A DNA stretch of 20,000 nt from an uncultured virus (IMG/VR IMGVR_UViG_3300043568_000079) (taxonomy: Duplodnaviria > Heunggongvirae > Uroviricota > Caudoviricetes). This document shows positions 1-6,329 of this stretch, piece by piece. The stretch is taken from positions 54,153 to 74,152 of the IMG/VR virus record IMGVR_UViG_3300043568_000079; one strand, written 5' to 3'. Both the position numbers and the translations under genes were made by a program. Each line of letters begins with the position of its first letter. Position 1 is the first letter of the stretch. The notes under the pieces are model-generated. The model did no database searches. It was not told the origin of the DNA and saw nothing but the letters and a program-made list of their open reading frames with translations.

Positions 1-1
1 A

Positions 2-76
2 TTGTATAAAAACTTTCGTATGCCAAAGAGTGAGGAAGATCCTATTGAAGGTGAATCTGAAGAAACTGATGTTTGA
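2..76 (+). CDS. 3' end of upstream gene with acidic C-terminus; by gene order possibly the gp55-like late sigma factor
   Basis: Frame 2 is open from the window edge: LYKNFRMPKSEEDPIEGESEETDV then TGA at 74-76. Identity guessed only from the usual gp55-gp47-gp46 order in T4-like phages. Confidence 0.45.
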   Translation: MYKNFRMPKSEEDPIEGESEETDV

Positions 77-101
77 CTTTGCTTGAACAAATCTATACAC
101 T
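73..101 (+). promoter_or_regulatory. sigma70-type promoter upstream of gp47
   Basis: TTGACT (73-78), 17-nt spacer, TACACT (96-101); AGGAGA Shine-Dalgarno at 109-114 before ATG 123. Confidence 0.7.
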
Positions 102-122
102 GTTAGATAGGAGAACAACAAT

Positions 123-1136
123 ATGAACCTTTTTAAAAAAGTAGCCTGTTTTACTGACATACATTTTGGACTCAAGTCTAACAGTAGTACTCATTTACGA
201 GATTGTGAAGAATTTGTAGATTGGTATATCGAAAACGCTAAAAAAGAAGGGTGCGATACTGGAATCTTTTTAGGAGACTGGTCACATAATCGAAATAGTC
301 TCAACTTGATCACGCTGGATACCAGTATCCGATGCTTGGAAAAACTAGGAGCTGCTTTTGAGCAGTTCTTCTGGTTTCCGGGCAATCACGATTTGTTTTA
401 CAAAGATAAAAGAGATATCCATAGTAGTGCATTTGGAAAACACATTCCCGGAATGACCGTAATCGACGGCGTAACAACTATCGGCGATGTTACACTTGTG
501 CCGTGGTTGGTAGGTGAAGAGTGGAAAACTATCAGTCAAGTTAAGAGCAAATACATGTTCGGACACTTTGAATTGCCCTTATTCTATATGAATGCTATGG
601 TACAGATGCCTGATCATGGTGAATTGCAAGCTAGTCACTTCAAACATCAAGACTATGTGTTCAGCGGACACTTCCATAAGCGTCAACAGCGTGATAAAAT
701 TGTCTACATTGGTAATGCTTTTCCACATAACTTTGCAGATACAGGCGATGATGCCCGAGGTATGATGGTTATGGATTGGGGTGGGGAACCTAAATTCATC
801 GACTGGCCTAACTGTCCTAAGTATCGTCATGTTAAACTAAGCGACTTAATTGACAAGAAGGACGATATCATGAAGGGCAAGATGCACCTTAAAGTCAGTC
901 TTGACATCGATATCAGTTACGAAGAAGCAAACTTTATCAAAGAAACCTTTACTCAAGAGTATGACATCAGAGAAATCAGTCTTATTCAAGATAAAATTAA
1001 CTTAGAAGGCAACATTGATGACAATCCGGACACTAAATTTGAAAGTGTGGACCAGATTGTATCAGAACAACTAGTTAATATTGAATCTGACCAATTCGAT
1101 AAGGCAGTTTTACTAGACATTTATAATAATCTATGA
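123..1136 (+). CDS. gp47: Mre11/SbcD-like metallophosphoesterase, recombination endonuclease subunit (T4 gp47-like)
   Basis: Motifs FTDIHFG, FLGDW, GNHD, GHFE, SGHFH, YIGN; overlaps the Rad50-like gene (ATGA). Confidence 0.93.
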   Translation: MNLFKKVACFTDIHFGLKSNSSTHLRDCEEFVDWYIENAKKEGCDTGIFLGDWSHNRNSLNLITLDTSIRCLEKLGAAFEQFFWFPGNHDLFYKDKRDIHSSAFGKHIPGMTVIDGVTTIGDVTLVPWLVGEEWKTISQVKSKYMFGHFELPLFYMNAMVQMPDHGELQASHFKHQDYVFSGHFHKRQQRDKIVYIGNAFPHNFADTGDDARGMMVMDWGGEPKFIDWPNCPKYRHVKLSDLIDKKDDIMKGKMHLKVSLDIDISYEEANFIKETFTQEYDIREISLIQDKINLEGNIDDNPDTKFESVDQIVSEQLVNIESDQFDKAVLLDIYNNL

Positions 1137-2911
1137 GTTTTAAAATCCGTAATATCACCGTGAAAAATTTTCTATCAGTAGGAAATCAAACACAAGCCGT
1201 TGACTTTGACAAAGAACTTTTAACTTTAGTGCTGGGCTCTAATCACGATCTAGGTGGGGACGACACAGGATCTCGTAACGGCACAGGCAAGACCACCATT
1301 GTCAATGCATTGTCGTATGCATTATACGGTCAAGCACTGACCAACATCAAAAAAGAAAACCTGATCAACAAGACCAACGGCAAAGGCATGTTAGTTACTG
1401 TTGAGTTTGAAAAATCTAGTGTTAAGTATCGTATTGAGCGGGGCCGTAAGCCCAATGTACTGAAATTGTTCGTTAATGATCAAGAATTAAAGAGCAAAGA
1501 CGAAGATGAAGCACAAGGTGACAGCCGTGAAACACAGAAAAGCATTGAACAGATGTTGGCAATGTCCCACACTATGTTCAAACACCTAGTTGCACTCAAC
1601 ACCTACACAGAACCCTTCTTGAGTATGAAGGCTGCTGAACAACGAGAAGTAATTGAACAGTTGTTGGGCATTACTCAACTGAGTGAAAAGGCAGAAGCAC
1701 TAAAGCTATTGATCAAAGAAACTAAAGACAGCATCACCGCTGCACAGTTTAAGATTGAAGGTATTAAGAGTGCTAACGAAAATGTTCAAAAGAGCATCAA
1801 CAGTTTGCAACTCAAGAGCAGTGCTTGGGAATCTAAGAAAGAAACTGAAATAGAAGGACTAGGTAAAGCCATTGTTAATCTAGAATCAGTTGATATAGAT
1901 GCAGAACTAGCAGCTCATGTTGCATTAAAAGCATGGGATGAAGAGAATGCTCGCATTCGCAGTCTTAACAAACAACGTGCTACTCTAGAGTCAGCAGTGA
2001 TTCAAGCGGAACGCACACTAAACAGATATACTAAAGAGATTAAATTACTCGATGATAAGAAGTGCCCTGCTTGCGAACAGGATCTACATGATCATAAGCA
2101 TGATGAAATGCTGGCAACCGCTGCTAACAATTTATTAGATGCACAAACTTACTTTGATAAAGTAAGTGCTGACTATACCAAAATTGTAGAAGAAATAGGA
2201 ACTGGTGAGCAACCACATAGACCCAACACCTATTACGATACAGAAGCAGAAGCACTAGGTCATAAAAACAATCTTGCCAGTTTAGAGCGCACATTAACAC
2301 AGAAGATCGACGAAGCTAATCCTTATGAAGAGCAAATCGAAGATCTAAAGAACACTGCGATTCAAGAAATCAACTGGGATCAAGTGAACGCTCTTGCCAA
2401 AGTTAGAGATCATCAAGAATTCCTTTACAAACTGCTGACAAACAAGGACAGTTTTGTTCGTAAGAAGATTATCGATCAGAACTTAACCTACTTGAACAAG
2501 CGATTGACCTACTATATTGACAAACTAGGACTACCGCACAAGGTAGTATTCCTAAATGATCTTACTATTGAGATTACTCAGTTAGGTCAAGACCTAGACT
2601 TTGACAACTTATCTAGAGGTGAACGTAATCGTTTAATCCTGTCCATGAGCTTTGCATTCCGTGATGTATGGGAAGGTCTGTATCAGAATATTAACTTGTT
2701 GTTTGTTGACGAGCTTATGGATGCAGGGATGGATGCAGCAGGTGTCGAAGCAGGTCTTGCGGTTCTAAAAAAGATGGCACGGGAACGCAATAAGAATATA
2801 TACTTGATAAGTCATAAAGATGAATTAGTAGGTCGTGTAAACAACGTCCTTAGAGTTATCAAAGAAAATGGATTTACCAGTTACTCAAACGATGTCGACT
2901 ATGTTGAATGA
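1133..2911 (+). CDS. gp46: Rad50/SbcC-like SMC ATPase, recombination subunit (T4 gp46-like)
   Basis: KNFLS start, Walker A NGTGKTT, coiled coils with central zinc hook CPAC, signature LSRGE, Walker B LLFVDE, H-loop ISH. Confidence 0.95.
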   Translation: MSFKIRNITVKNFLSVGNQTQAVDFDKELLTLVLGSNHDLGGDDTGSRNGTGKTTIVNALSYALYGQALTNIKKENLINKTNGKGMLVTVEFEKSSVKYRIERGRKPNVLKLFVNDQELKSKDEDEAQGDSRETQKSIEQMLAMSHTMFKHLVALNTYTEPFLSMKAAEQREVIEQLLGITQLSEKAEALKLLIKETKDSITAAQFKIEGIKSANENVQKSINSLQLKSSAWESKKETEIEGLGKAIVNLESVDIDAELAAHVALKAWDEENARIRSLNKQRATLESAVIQAERTLNRYTKEIKLLDDKKCPACEQDLHDHKHDEMLATAANNLLDAQTYFDKVSADYTKIVEEIGTGEQPHRPNTYYDTEAEALGHKNNLASLERTLTQKIDEANPYEEQIEDLKNTAIQEINWDQVNALAKVRDHQEFLYKLLTNKDSFVRKKIIDQNLTYLNKRLTYYIDKLGLPHKVVFLNDLTIEITQLGQDLDFDNLSRGERNRLILSMSFAFRDVWEGLYQNINLLFVDELMDAGMDAAGVEAGLAVLKKMARERNKNIYLISHKDELVGRVNNVLRVIKENGFTSYSNDVDYVE

Positions 2912-3218
2912 AGAGATAAACAAGTATACAGAAATGTATTCTCAGCTGATTACTGAATTTGCAGGTCTGCATAACACACATATGTCGTTTGTAAAATACA
3001 TTGGCAGAGAAACAGGATTTGCCACTAGAAAACACCTACATCAAATATGTGTTATTGCCAACGACATGAGAAGACAGGGTCAAAAGATCCGTAGAGAAAG
3101 CATTGCAGCTAAACGAACTGCAATAAAAGAAGCAAAAGCAGAAAAAGCCAGGCTCAAAGCTATACCAAAAAAGCGTGGGCGCAAAACAAAAGGAAATAAA
3201 AATGACAACAATCAATGA
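2901..3218 (+). CDS. small basic protein, possible divergent Hc1-like DNA-binding protein
   Basis: ORF overlapping the gp46 stop (ATG 2901 preferred over 2868); K/R-rich tail KAIPKKRGRKTKG; central helix loosely resembles the next ORF. Confidence 0.6.
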   Translation: MLNEEINKYTEMYSQLITEFAGLHNTHMSFVKYIGRETGFATRKHLHQICVIANDMRRQGQKIRRESIAAKRTAIKEAKAEKARLKAIPKKRGRKTKGNKNDNNQ

Positions 3219-3399
3219 ACAATTACAAGCACAGTTTGCAGAATTTCTAGCAGAGGATGCAAAATTTACAGGCGGCAATAGTGCAGCCGGAACTCGCAGT
3301 CGCAAGGCTCTTGGAGAGTTAAGTAAGCTAGTAAAAGCAAGACGCAATGAAATTACAGCAGAAAAGAACGCTCGCAAAGAAGCTAAGGCAGCAAAATAA
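3202..3399 (+). CDS. histone H1-like Hc1-family small DNA-binding protein
   Basis: SD AAGGA at 3190-3194, ATG 3202; motif KFTGGNSAAGTRSRKALGELSKLVKARRNEI typical of short Hc1-like proteins. Confidence 0.75.
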   Translation: MTTINEQLQAQFAEFLAEDAKFTGGNSAAGTRSRKALGELSKLVKARRNEITAEKNARKEAKAAK

Positions 3400-3831
3400 T
3401 TGAACAACTGGACTTATCAAGGTTCAGTAGTCGAAGAGCTACCCGAAGACTGTATAGGTTTTGTATATTGCATTACCAATACTGTCTCGGGTCGCAAATA
3501 TATTGGCAAAAAATTAGCAAAATTTAGTAAAACGACCTACAAGACTGTAAAGTTAAAGAACGGCACAAAGAAAAAGAAAAAGATCCGCAGCAAAATTGCT
3601 TCGGATTGGCAAGAATATTACGGCTCCAGTGTTGAGCTGACAAAAGACATAGACACCTTGGGCAAACAAAACTTCTCCCGCGAAATATTATATTACTGCA
3701 AAAGTAAATCAGAAACATCTTACATTGAGGCCCGCGAACAATTCGACCGCAAAGTATTAGAATCCGACGAATACTATAACGGACACATACAAGTCCGTGT
3801 CCATGGCTCTCACATTAAAACAAAAATTTAA
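3400..3831 (+). CDS. GIY-YIG (Seg-like) endonuclease, catalytic domain only
   Basis: GFVYCITNTVSGRKYIGKK, YYGSS, putative catalytic E in SYIEAREQ and YYN; TTG start directly after the previous stop. Confidence 0.85.
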   Translation: MNNWTYQGSVVEELPEDCIGFVYCITNTVSGRKYIGKKLAKFSKTTYKTVKLKNGTKKKKKIRSKIASDWQEYYGSSVELTKDIDTLGKQNFSREILYYCKSKSETSYIEAREQFDRKVLESDEYYNGHIQVRVHGSHIKTKI

Positions 3832-3835
3832 AATC

Positions 3836-4117
3836 ATGACGAAGCTAAATTACTCTAAGACAAATAAAAGCGATACAGCGTTTTTAAATGATCCTTATTG
3901 GACTAAGCCGAAAACTGGATTTGACAAGACATGGCATACTCAAAGAGACAATCTCAAGCAACACCTAGGCATTCACAAAGAACATAACTGGGAAATCATC
4001 AACGAACCTACAGGTCCACACGCAGGTAAAGTGGTCTGTGATACTTGCAAAACTAAAAAAGGCAAAAGTATGTTTGTTTCATGGCTTCCTAAAGGTTACA
4101 TATTACCTAACACCTAA
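3836..4117 (+). CDS. hypothetical protein with putative zinc-binding His/Cys motif
   Basis: ATG 3836 just after the GIY-YIG stop; HKEH...GPHAGKVVCDTC...WL. Confidence 0.65.
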   Translation: MTKLNYSKTNKSDTAFLNDPYWTKPKTGFDKTWHTQRDNLKQHLGIHKEHNWEIINEPTGPHAGKVVCDTCKTKKGKSMFVSWLPKGYILPNT

Positions 4118-4500
4118 GGTTGGCGGGCCAGTTTAATAATACCGCTGTGGAAAAACCGGGGAATAACCGGACACGTAACATATTGAGACACTCCCGTGGG
4201 TATATCCCACTAGCCTGAAAAATCGGCAGCGAGTCTGAGAGCGCGAACCCTAATGCTCGACGTATTGATATAGTATGAATGTTAGCATACGAAATCACCG
4301 GCTAAGAAAACTTAGACACTAGGAACGAGGTCTAAGACGCATTATGCGAGTCGATGTAGGTTGGGAAAGATCAGAGCCCATTAGCTTACGGTGAATAAAA
4401 ATACCTACTTCCAATGTCTCGGCTGTGTGCAACTCACATGAAGACAAAAGATGGAACCGCAGCAAAACGGTTCCGTCTGACCGAAGCAATCTACATGAAT
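4118..4500 (+). ncRNA. putative large structured non-coding RNA of unknown family; strand and ends inferred
   Basis: No credible ORF. More than ten complementary segments, e.g. GTGGG/CCCAC (4196-4200/4206-4210), CTTAGAC/GTCTAAG (4311-4317/4330-4336), AGATGGAACCG/CGGTTCCGTCT (4449-4459/4468-4478), long-range TTGAGACA/TGTCTCGG (4183-4190/4415-4422). G-U pairs favour the + strand. Confidence 0.6.
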
Positions 4501-4576
4501 TTAATTAGCTTCGCTTAAATAGTGCTTCAAGTAAGAGCGTAAGCGATTACGAAGAAGCAAATGAGCGTCAGCTCAT

Positions 4577-4584
4577 TATAAATA
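4577..4584 (+). promoter_or_regulatory. T4-type late promoter TATAAATA
   Basis: Exact gp55-dependent consensus ~30 nt upstream of ATG 4614, directly after hairpin AATGAGC-GTCA-GCTCATT (4560-4577). Confidence 0.75.
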
Positions 4585-4613
4585 AAAGAAATACTTTTTA
4601 GGATTTCCTTGAT

Positions 4614-5165
4614 ATGCGTATAAATGAGTTAATTGTTAAACAACAACTAGATGAATTAAGCCTAGCCGGGGCTCTAGGATCAGCAGCAAGAGGTACTGCA
4701 AATGTTGTAGGCGGTACTAGAGGTGCTATAGCAGGCGCTAAAGATGTGTTTAATCAACGAGCAGATCGAGTTGCTAATGTTGCTCAGAGACGTGTTCAAC
4801 AAGCTGGAGGTTATAAAGCCCCACCAGCTCCTACGACTACTGTGGCACCTCCAGCTACTACAGCTCAAACTAATACAGCACCTGCTACCGGAACCACCGC
4901 TCCCGCTAATACAGCACCTGCTACAAATGCAGCTAGTCAAGGAAAAGTGGGCGAACCAGCAGGAACAACACCTGCCACTACAGCAAACACAGGAAAAGTA
5001 GGTGAACCTGCAGGTCGTCAAGCAATTGACAATGCAATTGCTACCATTAAGGCAGTTAGGGGTGATCGCAGACCTCAAGTAGTTGCATACGGAATACAAC
5101 AATTAGGTACCGTAAAAGAATCTAACCTAATATTTCACAGCAATTTCTTAGGTAAAGATATTTAA
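4614..5165 (+). CDS. hypothetical late protein, Pro/Ala/Thr-rich, probable internal head protein
   Basis: Late promoter upstream; N-terminus MRINE...LDE resembles gp21 (I/L)xE cleavage sites; low-complexity PAT linker. Confidence 0.65.
   Translation: MRINELIVKQQLDELSLAGALGSAARGTANVVGGTRGAIAGAKDVFNQRADRVANVAQRRVQQAGGYKAPPAPTTTVAPPATTAQTNTAPATGTTAPANTAPATNAASQGKVGEPAGTTPATTANTGKVGEPAGRQAIDNAIATIKAVRGDRRPQVVAYGIQQLGTVKESNLIFHSNFLGKDI
4870..5014 (+). repeat. short intragenic direct repeats
   Basis: CTAATACAGCACCTGCTAC at 4870-4888 and 4906-4924 (NTAPAT x2); GGAAAAGTnGGnGAACCnGCAGG at 4941-4963 and 4992-5014 (GKVGEPAG x2). Confidence 0.85.
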
Positions 5166-5380
5166 AAGAACGGTAATTGCGTTTCTTTTGTCAATTCTAA
5201 GTTTCCTTCGATAATCTTATTCAGCAAATCTCGATCTTCGGGCGTTAACAAAAATGCTTCGGAGAACGAAAGTCCTCCTCTCATATACCAACTAAATCTA
5301 AAAAGTTCTTCTCTTAAGGCTTTTGTATCAACTTCATATTCGGTAACAAGTTTATTGATACCATCGGTATCAAGATACAA
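5162..5380 (-). CDS. gp51-like/tail assembly chaperone C-terminal segment, probably reached by -1 frameshift from the upstream ORF
   Basis: 72-aa ORF with only a TTG start and no clear SD; WYMRGGLSFSEAFLLTPEDR resembles chaperone extension domains; lies in the -1 frame of 5386..6258. Confidence 0.7.
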   Translation of the reverse strand: MYLDTDGINKLVTEYEVDTKALREELFRFSWYMRGGLSFSEAFLLTPEDRDLLNKIIEGNLELTKETQLPFF

Positions 5381-5385
5381 AAGCC

Positions 5386-6258
5386 TTATACGAAAAAAGT
5401 TGCAGGATCAAACACCAACGGCACATCAACTGTGTCTCCAGTAATTCCCTTTTCTCGCATTTCATCAGTAACTGTTACTGTGACTGGTTTTAATTCGTTG
5501 ATGCTTTTTAACGCATCTAGATGCGTTTGAACGATATTAAAAATATCTTTATCGGCATTTTCAATAAATTCTTTAATGTGCTTGAGATTTTCAGTACTTC
5601 CATTAGAACTGTCAATTTTAAATATACTTTTTTCAACAACGCCAATAGTAACATCTGTTAGTTTACTGAAGCTTTCTTTAAACGCAGCAACTTTGTCAGC
5701 TTCATTCATTTCATTATTATTTGCAATTTGTAAAATCTTTTGAGTTTCAAATGTTTTTACTGCACTGTCACTGAGTTGTTTATATGTCATGGGGCGCACA
5801 AATATTGTTAAATCTTCATTAATGGGTACAATAGGATCCCATTTTATTTGATACATCAATGTGTCCATTACTTGTTTTAAGTCGACACTATACTCCATCT
5901 CTAAGTCGTCACCGAACGTAATGGGAGTTGTCATCTTTTCCCCGTAGGTTGCAAGTCTGATTGCAATTAAAATAACATCTAAATCAATACTGGGAATTGA
6001 CCATGCGTTCTTTATGTTGGGCATACAATGCTGTACAACGTCCACAACCGCCTGACCGCTCATAATAGCATCGGGGATTTTAAGCATTAGTTCGTCTTTG
6101 GCAGTCATTGAGAACACAGGAAACTCACCTGTTTCAGTTTGCTCAAGACTTCCAGCAGGCCAGAATTCTCCTCCGCTGGGCAAGCGAATATATATTTTAG
6201 GCTGTCGCATAAATCCAGAAAGTGGATTTGCATGTATTTGTTGTGGATTTGAAACCAT
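5386..6258 (-). CDS. baseplate hub assembly protein/tail assembly chaperone (T4 gp26-like)
   Basis: RQPKIYIRLPSGG, MTAKDELMLK, IDLDVILIAIRLATYG and C-terminal FF, as in gp26-like proteins; GGAGA SD on the minus strand at 6264-6268. Confidence 0.75.
   Translation of the reverse strand: MVSNPQQIHANPLSGFMRQPKIYIRLPSGGEFWPAGSLEQTETGEFPVFSMTAKDELMLKIPDAIMSGQAVVDVVQHCMPNIKNAWSIPSIDLDVILIAIRLATYGEKMTTPITFGDDLEMEYSVDLKQVMDTLMYQIKWDPIVPINEDLTIFVRPMTYKQLSDSAVKTFETQKILQIANNNEMNEADKVAAFKESFSKLTDVTIGVVEKSIFKIDSSNGSTENLKHIKEFIENADKDIFNIVQTHLDALKSINELKPVTVTVTDEMREKGITGDTVDVPLVFDPATFFV
5392..5398 (-). other. -1 ribosomal frameshift slippery heptamer T TTT TTC
   Basis: Minus strand reads ACT TTT TTC GTA TAA; the -1 frame continues CGT ATA AGG CTT TTG TAT CTT GAT into ORF 5162..5380. 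Confidence 0.7.
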
Positions 6259-6268
6259 ATGTGTCTCC

Positions 6269-6305
6269 GATAAATAAACTATGTGAAATAGATAAAGTAT
6301 TTATC
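6269..6305. promoter_or_regulatory. pair of opposed late-promoter-like GATAAATA boxes between divergent genes
   Basis: GATAAATA on + at 6269-6276 and on - at 6305-6298; the second lies in inverted repeat TAGATAAA-GTA-TTTATCTA (6289-6307). Confidence 0.6.
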
Positions 6306-6329
6306 TACGCAGATAACCCCTAAAATACA

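Noticed and set aside
4146..4161. GTGGAAAAACCGGG resembling the RNase P GAGGAAAGTCCGGG motif
   Set aside because: Imperfect match, and no recognisable 3' P4 partner (ACAGAAnnCGGCTTA-like) downstream.
4211..4280. Group I intron-like words AATCGGCAGC (Q-like) and GATATAGT (S-like)
   Set aside because: No GACTA/TAGTC P7 pairing, elements too close together, and no interrupted gene flanks the region. A derived ribozyme cannot be excluded without a covariance-model search.
4107..4298. 63-aa minus-strand ORF in the structured gap
   Set aside because: Short, no SD, no recognisable motif, opposite to flanking genes; better explained as chance.
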